A stretch of 37,915 nt of DNA from a virus (taxonomy: Duplodnaviria > Caudoviricetes): positions 1-37,915 of the IMG/VR virus record IMGVR_UViG_3300048901_000076, one strand, 5' to 3'. Made by a program: the position numbers and the translations under genes. The notes under the pieces are model-generated. The model had not been told where the DNA came from. It ran no database searches and worked only from the letters and a program-made list of their open reading frames with translations. Each line of letters begins with the position of its first letter. The stretch's first letter is position 1. Below, piece by piece: positions 16,111-25,752 of this stretch.

Positions 16111-16398
16111 TTACTTCAGCTTGGCGAGGAATCCGAATGCTTTCGTGGTAATGATGTGTGCTCGTTCATGTCCGATGATGATCAGGATTCCGGTGAGATT
16201 TGCCGCGATGAGCGCCAACGTATCTGCGCTAGGCCGCTTGGAAGGTGTGGTTTCCTTCTTCAGCTTGTAGAGCTTGACGAGTTGGTCGGTCATCTTGGAA
16301 TATTCTTCGGAATCTGGATCATAGTGGGACATGGTTTCGAGCAGGCCATCAATCACCGCGTCAAGCGGGTCGGGGTCCTTCTGCGGTCTGGTGAACAT
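16111..16398 (-). CDS. Membrane protein (cassette 1 cargo, 95 aa)
   Basis: SD GAAGGAGA; DPDSEEYSKM...SADTLALIAANLTGILIIIGHERAHIITTKAFGF. Confidence 0.8.
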   Translation of the reverse strand: MFTRPQKDPDPLDAVIDGLLETMSHYDPDSEEYSKMTDQLVKLYKLKKETTPSKRPSADTLALIAANLTGILIIIGHERAHIITTKAFGFLAKLK

Positions 16399-16413
16399 GC
16401 GTTCTCCTTCATA

Positions 16414-16446
16414 GGGGTCTCATTATACGCCTTGTTTTAGGCGCGA
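16414..16446 (-). promoter_or_regulatory. Repeated phage promoter motif, copy 1
   Basis: TCGCGCCTAAAACAAGGCGTATAATGAGACCCC. Confidence 0.8.
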
Positions 16447-16451
16447 GGTCC

Positions 16452-16787
16452 CTATGCGACAGGAGGATCGTTCTTAACCGCGAATACCACGTTCTTCTTT
16501 CCTTCGAGGTCTTCAGGATCAGTGTCCAGCTTGAACGTGAGTGTTTTCTGCCCTTCAGTTCCGACACCCGTAGTGAGCGATCCGTCACCTTCGTACGAAG
16601 TCGAGCTGATATGCAGAACAACACCCAGGAATGTGTCAAGAGCCGTTATCGAACCTACGACTTCACTTCCGGCTGGAAGATGCCACATTTGCGCAAGAGC
16701 GAAATATAGCGTGCCTGCTGCTGGAAGCCAGATCATCGCAAATCGCTTCAGAACGTCATACGCCTTGTTGTCGAGCTTCACTTCCAC
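16452..16787 (-). CDS. Holin (Dp-1-type)
   Basis: NKAYDVLKRFAMIWLPAAGTLYFALAQMWHLP...VVGSITALDTFLGVVLHISS; two TM helices. Confidence 0.8.
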   Translation of the reverse strand: MEVKLDNKAYDVLKRFAMIWLPAAGTLYFALAQMWHLPAGSEVVGSITALDTFLGVVLHISSTSYEGDGSLTTGVGTEGQKTLTFKLDTDPEDLEGKKNVVFAVKNDPPVA

Positions 16788-17100
16788 TGTCCTTTCGATT
16801 ACGCCAGTTCAAATTCCAGACCATTATTGCCAATGCTATGGTTGAGGCCGCAATGAGCGTCAACACAACAACAGAGATCCAGAAAATGAGCAAAATATTG
16901 GTGGGCTTCCAGAATTGAAATAGCAATGTCAGATCCATTGCCATTGCGAAGGCCAAAGACTGAAACATGAACAATCGCCCGAGCAGTCGCTTCCGCCACC
17001 CCGTAAAGAAATATAGAACTGGTACAGCAGTTGAACCAAGAGCTGCGATGACAATAACGACTAACATCCACTCTTGTAACACGGCGATGTCATGAGTCAT
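16756..17100 (-). CDS. Three-TM membrane protein (holin-like)
   Basis: Three hydrophobic helices; adjacent to the holin. Confidence 0.7.
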   Translation of the reverse strand: MTHDIAVLQEWMLVVIVIAALGSTAVPVLYFFTGWRKRLLGRLFMFQSLAFAMAMDLTLLFQFWKPTNILLIFWISVVVLTLIAASTIALAIMVWNLNWRNRKDSGSEARQQGV

Positions 17101-17307
17101 CTAGACGTCCCTCCCGTGTCTGATGATATTTTCCAATTGCTCTCCAAAGTGATTCTCTTCGCGAAGCTCTCTTAAAGCATTGACGATTGAGTTCACTTCT
17201 GATTCACGACCTTGGGCAGTCATAAGATGTTGTTGCGCATCTGCAAGAGCCCTCGACGCTTTCTCGTTCTCGGTTGCGCTTTTGCTTCTACGGTTGAAGA
17301 TTCCCAC
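17101..17307 (-). CDS. Hypothetical protein of the lysis cluster
   Basis: Helical 68-aa ORF ending LREENHFGEQLENII. Confidence 0.65.
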   Translation of the reverse strand: MGIFNRRSKSATENEKASRALADAQQHLMTAQGRESEVNSIVNALRELREENHFGEQLENIIRHGRDV

Positions 17308-17585
17308 AAGTCACCTCCTGCCCTGTTTAACCGCTCTGTCGTGTTGAAGAGGGCAACGAGGACACTATGCGAGGTCTTGGCAAGTTCGAGAAGCTCGGCT
17401 GTTTGTTTATCTGAAATTGCCCGAGCTTTCCGTTCTGCCTCGTATGCAAGTCGATATGTTTCCGATTCTTTCTCTTTTGCTCGATAAACATATCTTGGAA
17501 CTAGCACGCCAAAGAGGATCATGAGGAAGGTAATTCCAAGAAGCACAGGCGCAGATAGCTTATCGATTGGAATACCATTCCACAT
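17220..17585 (-). CDS. Membrane protein with N-terminal TM and coiled coil
   Basis: VLLGITFLMILFGVLVPR followed by a charged helix. Confidence 0.7.
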   Translation of the reverse strand: MWNGIPIDKLSAPVLLGITFLMILFGVLVPRYVYRAKEKESETYRLAYEAERKARAISDKQTAELLELAKTSHSVLVALFNTTERLNRAGGDLWESSTVEAKAQPRTRKRRGLLQMRNNIL

Positions 17586-17588
17586 GAC

Positions 17589-18671
17589 TTATGTCGTCTC
17601 CTTCCAAACTCCACCTGTTCGAGCCCAGGGACGCGCAACCTTCCAAACTCCACCAGTTCTCACGTATGGAATAGCGAACTTCCAAACGGCCCCGACTTTG
17701 ACATAAGCCGCAGCAAGTGTCACGATCGAAGTTGTAACCGACCACGCACTGTTACCAACTGCGTTTCTAGCCCTCACCCAGAAATAGTATCTTGTTCCGG
17801 GTGTAAGACCAGTAATTGCTTTCGGCGAGGAAGATGCGACAACTGTCGTTGGAGTCATCGGATCTGTTCCGTAGCCAACGTCATATCCGGTGATTGGTGA
17901 ACCACCGTTTGGCGGAGCAGTCCACGCCACAGTTACCGAGGTTTGGGTAATATCAGTGACCGTGGGCGCGGACGGTGGCGTTGGCGTACGAAGAGTCGTT
18001 GTTGACGCTACCGGACTCCATGGACTGTATCCCGCTGCGTTGTGAGTTCGAGCCCAGACGTAATACGTAGTCCCCGGAGACAATCCCGTGATACTAGTCG
18101 ACCCGTCGGAGGATATGATCGTCGCTCCGGTAATCGAACTTGTCGTGTGATACGCCAACTGTCGCGAATCAATCGTAGCTCCACCACTACCGTCAGTAAA
18201 TGTGGCAAATAGTGAAGTTGACGTAACACTGGACAAAACGGGCTTTGTGGGTGCTGGAGATGCCCGGGGGAAAGTTGGCAGTGTGACAGTCTGAGATATC
18301 GTTGAAGTGAAATTACTCGGCGTATCCCAGAAAGCACTACCGACGAAACGAATATTACCTGCGCCAGTTGATGGGTTGTGATCAATTCTCGTGGTTCCGG
18401 ATTTAAACGGATGATCTCGATTAGGTCCTGAACCAGAGATTGGCCACCCTGAATTGTAAGTACCTGTCGTTACAGTGAGGCTAGCGGTCGCACCCGAAAC
18501 CGTTGTCGACATGTTTACAATTGCATCGTGGATGTTGAAGTAATATGTTCCCCAATGAACACCAACAGTCCATGATACAAGTGTATAGTTTCCTGCCGTA
18601 TTCGTCGATATGTTGTAATCAACGTAGAGATATGAACCGTTATTACTCGAACCGGTAAGTCGAGTAGTCAT
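17589..18671 (-). CDS. Minor tail / receptor-binding protein with two fibronectin type III domains
   Basis: Two FN3 repeats (ITGLSPGTTYYVWARTHNAAGYSPWS; ITGLTPGTRYYFWVRARNAVGNSAWS); C-terminal G-[AG]-VWK repeats. Confidence 0.85.
   Translation of the reverse strand: MTTRLTGSSNNGSYLYVDYNISTNTAGNYTLVSWTVGVHWGTYYFNIHDAIVNMSTTVSGATASLTVTTGTYNSGWPISGSGPNRDHPFKSGTTRIDHNPSTGAGNIRFVGSAFWDTPSNFTSTISQTVTLPTFPRASPAPTKPVLSSVTSTSLFATFTDGSGGATIDSRQLAYHTTSSITGATIISSDGSTSITGLSPGTTYYVWARTHNAAGYSPWSPVASTTTLRTPTPPSAPTVTDITQTSVTVAWTAPPNGGSPITGYDVGYGTDPMTPTTVVASSSPKAITGLTPGTRYYFWVRARNAVGNSAWSVTTSIVTLAAAYVKVGAVWKFAIPYVRTGGVWKVARPWARTGGVWKETT
17601..17687 (-). repeat. Three 39-bp-period repeats (13-aa GGVWK units)
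   Basis: CTTCCAAAC at 17601, 17640 and 17679. Confidence 0.75.
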
Positions 18672-18682
18672 AGTTCACCGCC

Positions 18683-18922
18683 CTACGGTAGGATCTTGAA
18701 GTAAATATCGCCATCGGTTCCACCGGTAGGGTCAGCGGTTCCGGACGATATCCCTGCTGCTGTGCGATAAGCGGCCTTACTCCCAGGAATTAGAGCCTTG
18801 AGTTGAGCGATGAAGTCACGAGTTCGGTTGATCTCAAGGTAACCGTTGTGAGTCTTTCCTCCATCGCCCGAGTCTGGGACCAGTGGATAACCGGCCGCTG
18901 CCGCATCATCACCGACTGCCAT
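18683..18922 (-). CDS. Small minor tail protein
   Basis: 79 aa; ends SGTADPTGGTDGDIYFKILP. Confidence 0.75.
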   Translation of the reverse strand: MAVGDDAAAAGYPLVPDSGDGGKTHNGYLEINRTRDFIAQLKALIPGSKAAYRTAAGISSGTADPTGGTDGDIYFKILP

Positions 18923-18937
18923 TGCTAACCTCCCTCG

Positions 18938-20110
18938 TTATGTCCAATCGCGCCAGTCCAGATCGGGATCAAGATCGACCCAAACCTGATCGGTTGGTAG
19001 TGCTGCCCACGTTCCAGGCGTGATAAAGCTGTAGAGCGTAAGTGTTGGGTAAGCACGTTCGCCCTGATTGTCCGAGACGTAGATCTGCTCGGTTACCTGC
19101 ATCTGATCGGTTGCTCCGGTGGTGCTTCGAACCTCGATCAAATCTCCGAGATAGTAATCTCTTCCCTCTCTGAATTGACTCTGTTGGCTGAGTTCTCCAT
19201 CGAAAGCCGATACCCGCCGCGCTTTGGCAAGCTCTTGCAGCCCCCGTTGGATCATTTTCGCTGAAGCAACGCCCGAATCAACGTCCGTAATATCATCAGC
19301 CTTGACCAAGAGAACACTACGCTCGAAACCCGCAACAGATGGATCCACGTCTAGTGGATAGACGACTTCGAATCCGACTGGTGAGAGCACATACGCTACG
19401 TTCTTGAACAAAGCAATCGATGTCAATTCAGACGTATTTACCAGATTGTCAAGTCCAGGAGAGAACACCACCGCTGGAAGATCAGTTTGATCGGTTGTTC
19501 TGTCACTACCCATGTAAATATCGAAATAGATCTGCGATGCATCACCATTTCGAAGGATTCTGAAGCCCATGTTGAACTGGGTGCAGATAGTTACAAGAGC
19601 CGCGTAAACCGTTTGTGGCTCGATCTCGTACGTAATGCTATCCACTGGTTCCGGGATTGTGTCAACCGGCATAATGCTTCCCTCGACAATGAACGGGATG
19701 ATGTCACCCGTATCGAGAGTACCTGTAACACAAATATCGTGGAAAATCTGCCTGGCAATATCTCCGGGTGTGCCAGTGAGTATCCACTTCGGTTCGGTTG
19801 TAAGATCTGTCAGAGCTCCTCGAGCTAGGCGATCATCCAGCATCTTCTCGAGTGAACGACCTGTGATTTTCAGGCTTGCCAATCCCTGATCGTCCGTAGA
19901 ATCCTCGACAGTCTCTACGACCATGATTCGATCGGATTCACTCATGGCTAGACGCGTGCCGATTGCGAAGCGACTCTTATCTCGTGTCGAGGTGCTCAAG
20001 ACGAGTTCGAAATCGCCCACTGCTCGCATTCGATCTGTCCAAATCAGAGATACGAACACGTCCACAACATCGATACGACGTAGAAGGCTGTCAAGGATAT
20101 ACACCTCCAT
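18938..20110 (-). CDS. Baseplate hub / minor tail protein (ReqiPepy6 Gp37-like)
   Basis: SLIWTDR...GDFEL...ITGRSLE...DYYLGDLIEV; located after Dit. Confidence 0.8.
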   Translation of the reverse strand: MEVYILDSLLRRIDVVDVFVSLIWTDRMRAVGDFELVLSTSTRDKSRFAIGTRLAMSESDRIMVVETVEDSTDDQGLASLKITGRSLEKMLDDRLARGALTDLTTEPKWILTGTPGDIARQIFHDICVTGTLDTGDIIPFIVEGSIMPVDTIPEPVDSITYEIEPQTVYAALVTICTQFNMGFRILRNGDASQIYFDIYMGSDRTTDQTDLPAVVFSPGLDNLVNTSELTSIALFKNVAYVLSPVGFEVVYPLDVDPSVAGFERSVLLVKADDITDVDSGVASAKMIQRGLQELAKARRVSAFDGELSQQSQFREGRDYYLGDLIEVRSTTGATDQMQVTEQIYVSDNQGERAYPTLTLYSFITPGTWAALPTDQVWVDLDPDLDWRDWT

Positions 20111-20928
20111 TACAGACCTCCGTACCTCGTAGTGTATGTGATGGTGTACGGAATCGCAGCACCTTCAGCAAAGACACGAAGGTAATTGTCGCCTTGTGAG
20201 AGTTGAATCCAATTCGGAGTGGTAACGCCGTAAAGCAGGGAAATATCGGACGTTCCCCGATGAAGCATTGCACCCTTCGACCCTCGGATGGTGGTCAAAG
20301 TCAGAACATCGTCAGCTACGAGAGCAGCGGCGAAATCCAGTTGTTTGACCGACCCATCCGGAGCCGTGTGGTAGATCGTGAAGTCCGAAAGAGATCGGTC
20401 TACACTCAGAACCAATTGGATCCCAGTTTCCGTAGTTCCGTCGTACGTATAAAGCGTTGCCGTGCTGTCCGAGACTGTGAATCCATCAGTCTCAGTCGCT
20501 TCCAACGCGATGAAATCGGGATCGAAACAGATAATCGACAACACAGCCTCGGGTTCAGAAACGAAGAGGGGAGCCTCGAAAGACTCCACCATCCCCGAAG
20601 CGTTGACGATGAGACCGCCATCGTCGTAAAATCTGAGTTCTACTGGAGCCTTCGGCATTAGGAATTGGTACATGCTAGCCCGAAGCATGGCAACGGACGT
20701 TGTGATGTAGTCGGGTTCCAATGCCAATCGCATCGTGATATTGCGTGGATCACGACGAGCCGAGCTGAACTGGGCCCCATCAACTTGCGCGACAGTTTGA
20801 GAAACAAGTGTCGCCTTGACAGGGTCCAGTCCGCCCACATCTTCCACGATGATGCCGCTTGAAGCGTCGTCGAACTGAAGGGTCATCAGGTTGCCTTGCG
20901 GATTACGGATTTCGATCTTGGTAAGCAT
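20110..20928 (-). CDS. Distal tail protein (Dit-like)
   Basis: Immediately after the tape measure gene; GLDPVKA...DGAQFSSARRDPRNI...WIQLSQGDNYL. Confidence 0.8.
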   Translation of the reverse strand: MLTKIEIRNPQGNLMTLQFDDASSGIIVEDVGGLDPVKATLVSQTVAQVDGAQFSSARRDPRNITMRLALEPDYITTSVAMLRASMYQFLMPKAPVELRFYDDGGLIVNASGMVESFEAPLFVSEPEAVLSIICFDPDFIALEATETDGFTVSDSTATLYTYDGTTETGIQLVLSVDRSLSDFTIYHTAPDGSVKQLDFAAALVADDVLTLTTIRGSKGAMLHRGTSDISLLYGVTTPNWIQLSQGDNYLRVFAEGAAIPYTITYTTRYGGL

Positions 20929-23900
20929 TAGACAACCACGACTCCCTTCTGCGTTGTCGGAAGCTGACTCTTAGTTGCGGACAACTGGTTTCTCGTCTGC
21001 CTGTACAACTCAGCACTGGATAGAGCCTTCGGCGAGTTGTTGTATTGGTTGAATATGGTGTTGGCATTGCCGGTAACGGTTGTTCCGGCGTTAACGCTAT
21101 CGACGTTGTCTTGGAATCCAGTACCAGCATTACGAGCACTTACAACTGAGGTACCCATGCTGATCTTTCCTCCAGTCAACATGTTGTTAAGTTGACCGGC
21201 GTCTTTCTTCACTCCACTCAAATCGAGAACCGGAGTGATCGTCGGGTTGAGTGTCATGGAATCTGGAAGAACATCCGGAATAGTCTTGAGAGTCTTACTG
21301 ATGGCGTCTACAGTGCCCGATGCCATATCCACACCCGCAGCAACAGCCACAGGAGCGAATTTGGTTATACCTGTAGAAAGACCCAGAACTGACCATCTTC
21401 CAATCTCGATGAACTTCTTGGATGGTGAGCCAATACCCAACCAATCCAGTGCGGCTTGCCACATACCCTTAACTAATTTAACCGCAGCATCCCAAGCTTT
21501 GTGAGCCAGTTCACCAGTAGCACTTACAAGACCATCGATGATGCCGGAAACCAGATTCCAGGCCGCATCGGCCATCGCTTTACCGTTGTTCTTAACTGTG
21601 TCACCAATGCCCGAGATCAATTTAAGAACCAACGTAACGCCAGCCTGCAGTAATCTCGGCAAACTCTTGGTGATACCTTCGATCAACTTAACGACGATAT
21701 CGACAGCCTTGTCAACCACCTGACCGATATGATTTTGAATACCAGTCAGTAGAGCAAGAAGCATCTTGAAGCCTGCTTCGACTATCTTCGGTGTTTCTTT
21801 AACTAGCAATTGCAAGAAACCCTCAAGCAACACTTCGAGCGTCTGGATAATTTTCGGAGTGAGCTTGATAATTGCGTCCATTAATGATGTTAGAACTGTG
21901 GTGATCGCAGCAGTAAACGCTGGCCCAGCCGTAGCGATAACCTTTGCGAATGCCACAAGACCGAGTGCAAGCTGCGTCAGAATATAAGGGATCAAACCGA
22001 TCAAAGCACTTGCCATAGCGACAATGGCAGCTGTACCTGCAGCACCTGCGATACTTAGTGCCGTTAGTGCAGCTGAGAAGGCGAGAATACCCACGCCTGC
22101 TGCCAAGATGCCTACACCGACAAGCGCTATCGCCGCGCCAAGACCCAATAATGCTGGAATAACAGGTGTCAATGCCAATCCGGCTACGCCGAGAATAAGA
22201 AAGACGCCAGCTAGAGTTGTCAAACCCTTGAGAATCGAGCTCCACGACATTGATGCGAACACCAACAGGATAGGAGCTAGAACTGCTAATGACGCGGACA
22301 TGACTAGCACGGCTGCGGATCCAGAAACAGTTCCTGTCATCACAACGAGAGCGCCAGCGATCAGAATAAGCGAGCCGGCAAGAACCGCCATCGCCTTTCC
22401 AATATCGCCCCATCCCATTTTGCCGAATTTGGCAAGAACGTTAGCAACTTCTGCCAGCGCTAATGCTGTGACCAAAATTCCTGCAGCGCCTAGAGGTGCG
22501 GATGGTGGAATAACGAACAACGCGGCCGCGATGATTGTCAAAGCGCCAAGCATTGACGTCAAACCCTTACCGATGGATCCCCAACCGATAGATCCAAATA
22601 TACTTAGAGCGACAGCAATCTTTCCTAGCGCCAATGAGATTACGAGAATCCCTGCGGCGGCCAAAGGAGCATCTGGTGGAATGATGTGTAGAGCATCGGC
22701 AATGATGGCTAGTGCACCGAGCATTGCTGTCAAACTCTTAGCGATTTCACCCCATCCCATTTTGCCAAGATCTTGCATGGCGCTTGCAAGGATCTTAATG
22801 CCCGCTGCGAGAAGAACAATTCCAGCACCAGATAGAACGCCAGCGGCATCTGCCTTGGCGAACTTGCTGAAGAGAGCCAGAGATACAAGAATTCCTGCAA
22901 CTCCCGCTAGTCCCTTGGATAGTTCGCTCCAGGATAGACCACCTAGATTAGTTACCGCCACTACGAGAATATTGATTGCAATCGCGAGAAGGTTGAGTCC
23001 AACAGCAGAAGCAACCATGCCTTCTTTACTCGGCATTAGCTTCATCGTTACAATCAGCTCGGTTAGGAGAACACCAAGACTAATCAAACCCTCGCGAAGT
23101 TGTTTCAACGGTATCTTACTGATCTTGACAAGCGCGATTGTCAGAACATCGATCGCAACGCCAAGACCTATTAGGGCCGTATTCACGGCATAAAGTTTAA
23201 GCAGATTCTTATCGCTCATCGTCTTCTCGAGTGCAAACAAACCCGAGCCGAGTTGAACGAACATGACTGCCATCGCGGCGAGTGCACGCTTGAGACCGTT
23301 GGAATCGATCTTGGACAGTGCGACGCAAGCTATAGTCATGATCCCGATAGCTGCAGCAATCTCGAGAAGTGTTGCGGCTCTCAGAGTATTCTGCATTGTT
23401 TGGAACGTACTGGTCAGTTCGTCAATCGCTTCTTTGATTCCACTGAAGAGTCCGGACGACGCATCGCCCTTCTTCATCTTGTCAAGGAATCCCTTTAGCA
23501 GAACAAGAAGACCAGCGAACAAACCAGTATTGATTGTTCCGAGAATGTCTTGATAATTGATACCGGCGAATGCGCCACCAATTGCAGCAGCGAGACCACC
23601 GAAGAACTTTCCGAATTTTGCCGCCAGCGGTTCGAATACAGCCCACACCTTCGCAAGGATCGTGAGGATGTTAGACCAAGTAGCAGCGATGATGGTTGAG
23701 AATGCCGTAAACGGTTCAAGTTTCGCAGCGAAGGTAGTAAGACCCTTAGCTGCATTAACAGCATCAAAACCATCAAACAATCCGCCGATGTACCCCCGGA
23801 GCAAATTTAGCAATTTGATTAGTGGAGCCAAGTCATTCTCGATGTTGTGGAACACTATCGAGAGACCTTGACCCGACTTGATTGCTTTATCAAGTGCTAC

Positions 23901-25364
23901 GAAGAAATCACCAATGTTCGCAGTGAATTTGAGGATTCCGCCGTGGCCTTTGTCGATCATTCCAAACAGATCGGAGATCACACCACCGATCTTCTTTACA
24001 ATTTGCCAGCCGATGTCGAATACTGCGAAGACGCCGGCGAATGTGCGTTTGATCTCATCCGCAGTGGTTGCTCCTATTTTGAGCTTCTTAGCGAAGTTCT
24101 CGAAGGAGACAGTGAGATCGAAGAGTTGCTTACCTGTTGTCGGTGGGAAGATAGAGCGAAACGCTTCAGTAACAGGTTTGATGACCGCTATGATTGCATG
24201 GAAGACGTCTGCGATTCCTTGAAGGAGGGCAGTGCGTCCACCGAGAGCTTTCCAATCACCCAAAACTTTGTTACGAGCATTCGCTGAGGTATTGATGAAT
24301 CCACTGATGACATTGTTGATGTTTGTGAAGAGATCCTTAGCTTCGTCGATGTTACCGAAGAGAATCTCGAACGTCTTCGCCCACCCAGTTGCGACGGTTT
24401 CTTTCAACACGTCCATCAACTGCGGGAATGTCTTGACCTTCGTAGCAGCATCTTGTGCTGTTTGAGCCAAGACGTGCAACTGCTTGATCTGTGCAGCTGT
24501 GTACCCTTGAGCTTTGAGCTGTTGGTCGTTGAGATCGCCAGCGAAGTGACTGAGTGTCTCGGCCAGGACTTGGGAGGTTAGCCAACCGTTCTTCAGGGTG
24601 TTTCTGAAGCTTCCCTCTTCTTTCACCATCTTGTCGATGGCTACGCCATGAACACGAGCGGTCTCCATCAATGCTTGCTGGAAAACCTTACCACCTAGAC
24701 CTGCGTTTACGACCGAGTTCCAGTCCTGCAGTTTCACAGTGCCTGACGCCAGGGCTTGTGACAACTGATACATTGCTGTAGATGCTTGATCCGCACTAGA
24801 ACCCGAGATCGCAGCCAAGTTCGCAATACCCTTGATGGCACTGACCGAAGCATCCAACTTCAAACCAGCCGCAGTGAATGTGCCAATGTTTCTGGCCATC
24901 TCACCGAAATTGTAAATCGTTTGGTTGGAATAATCGTTTAGTTGCCCAAGAGCCTTGGTGACATCGTTAAGGTTACTCTCACCTTGGGTATTTGCAAGGA
25001 TCGTTTGGATCGAATTCAACTTGGTCTCGTAGATGCTCAGACCTTGTAGAACTGGATCCAAAGAAAGGGATTTAACGAGCGAGAGGCCAGCAGAAACTGC
25101 TCGTGTAGTTATGTTTGCCAACGCAGAAATGGCAACTACACCCAAGTTCGTAAACTTGGAAGAGATATTCTCCACCCCGCTTGCAATTCCAGCGAGCGAG
25201 AATTTCGAAGTCGCAGCAGCTACGTCGTTTAGTCCCTTGGTGGCCCCCTCAAGCTTCAGGCCTTTGTTCAGCTTGTCGAGTGAATCTAGAGTTCCTTGAA
25301 CGTTCTTCTGGAAGTCTTTGTTATCAAACTTCATCTCGACAACGCGTTCGTCAATACCACTCAC
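20928..25364 (-). CDS. Tape measure protein
   Basis: ~1478 aa, Ala/Gly/Leu-rich; tape-measure domain (NQTIYNFGEM...AMYQLSQALASGTVKLQDWNSV); GTG 25364 coupled to the upstream stop. Confidence 0.93.
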   Translation of the reverse strand: MSGIDERVVEMKFDNKDFQKNVQGTLDSLDKLNKGLKLEGATKGLNDVAAATSKFSLAGIASGVENISSKFTNLGVVAISALANITTRAVSAGLSLVKSLSLDPVLQGLSIYETKLNSIQTILANTQGESNLNDVTKALGQLNDYSNQTIYNFGEMARNIGTFTAAGLKLDASVSAIKGIANLAAISGSSADQASTAMYQLSQALASGTVKLQDWNSVVNAGLGGKVFQQALMETARVHGVAIDKMVKEEGSFRNTLKNGWLTSQVLAETLSHFAGDLNDQQLKAQGYTAAQIKQLHVLAQTAQDAATKVKTFPQLMDVLKETVATGWAKTFEILFGNIDEAKDLFTNINNVISGFINTSANARNKVLGDWKALGGRTALLQGIADVFHAIIAVIKPVTEAFRSIFPPTTGKQLFDLTVSFENFAKKLKIGATTADEIKRTFAGVFAVFDIGWQIVKKIGGVISDLFGMIDKGHGGILKFTANIGDFFVALDKAIKSGQGLSIVFHNIENDLAPLIKLLNLLRGYIGGLFDGFDAVNAAKGLTTFAAKLEPFTAFSTIIAATWSNILTILAKVWAVFEPLAAKFGKFFGGLAAAIGGAFAGINYQDILGTINTGLFAGLLVLLKGFLDKMKKGDASSGLFSGIKEAIDELTSTFQTMQNTLRAATLLEIAAAIGIMTIACVALSKIDSNGLKRALAAMAVMFVQLGSGLFALEKTMSDKNLLKLYAVNTALIGLGVAIDVLTIALVKISKIPLKQLREGLISLGVLLTELIVTMKLMPSKEGMVASAVGLNLLAIAINILVVAVTNLGGLSWSELSKGLAGVAGILVSLALFSKFAKADAAGVLSGAGIVLLAAGIKILASAMQDLGKMGWGEIAKSLTAMLGALAIIADALHIIPPDAPLAAAGILVISLALGKIAVALSIFGSIGWGSIGKGLTSMLGALTIIAAALFVIPPSAPLGAAGILVTALALAEVANVLAKFGKMGWGDIGKAMAVLAGSLILIAGALVVMTGTVSGSAAVLVMSASLAVLAPILLVFASMSWSSILKGLTTLAGVFLILGVAGLALTPVIPALLGLGAAIALVGVGILAAGVGILAFSAALTALSIAGAAGTAAIVAMASALIGLIPYILTQLALGLVAFAKVIATAGPAFTAAITTVLTSLMDAIIKLTPKIIQTLEVLLEGFLQLLVKETPKIVEAGFKMLLALLTGIQNHIGQVVDKAVDIVVKLIEGITKSLPRLLQAGVTLVLKLISGIGDTVKNNGKAMADAAWNLVSGIIDGLVSATGELAHKAWDAAVKLVKGMWQAALDWLGIGSPSKKFIEIGRWSVLGLSTGITKFAPVAVAAGVDMASGTVDAISKTLKTIPDVLPDSMTLNPTITPVLDLSGVKKDAGQLNNMLTGGKISMGTSVVSARNAGTGFQDNVDSVNAGTTVTGNANTIFNQYNNSPKALSSAELYRQTRNQLSATKSQLPTTQKGVVVV

Positions 25365-25738
25365 GAGGAGGTCACCACCTTCCATACCTTTTCGGCGATC
25401 TGATCAAAGACCGGTTGGATTGCTGGATTAATATAGTCACGGCCATGGACATAACCGCCAGTCCCCGTTCCGTAACCGTATTGAAGCATTATGGCCACGG
25501 GGAATCCATTCTCCACGTCAGAGTTAAACCATGTTATGGTATAGAGATCACCTTTACGCTTGACCTCGTAATACCAAGATCGTGCGGCTAGGCCGCTTTC
25601 TCGTGGAGTAGCTCGTTCAAGGGCGTGCACGCCTTCTGCGCCGTATTCGCTCATCAATGCCAAAGGATCGAGTTTCAACATGGCTTTAAGGAAACGAGTC
25701 GAATTGTCGAAGGAGCCCCTGTCAACGATTTCTAACAT
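25361..25738 (-). CDS. Tail completion protein (HK97 gp10-like)
   Basis: GVHALERATPRESGLAARSW...LQYGYGTGTGGYVHGRDYINPA. Confidence 0.7.
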   Translation of the reverse strand: MLEIVDRGSFDNSTRFLKAMLKLDPLALMSEYGAEGVHALERATPRESGLAARSWYYEVKRKGDLYTITWFNSDVENGFPVAIMLQYGYGTGTGGYVHGRDYINPAIQPVFDQIAEKVWKVVTSS

Positions 25739-25752
25739 TAGGCCCCCTCCGG

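Noticed and set aside
15425-16446. Promoter repeats read as a CRISPR array or integron attC sites
   Set aside because: The intervals are hundreds of bp long and contain genes, the repeats are not palindromic, and no cas or integrase gene is present in the window.
17589-17700. Diversity-generating retroelement target in the tail-tip gene
   Set aside because: The repeats are short in-frame tandem units; no template repeat or reverse transcriptase seen.
22024-23193. 389-aa plus-strand Ala/Pro-rich ORF
   Set aside because: Antisense mirror of the repetitive tape measure gene.
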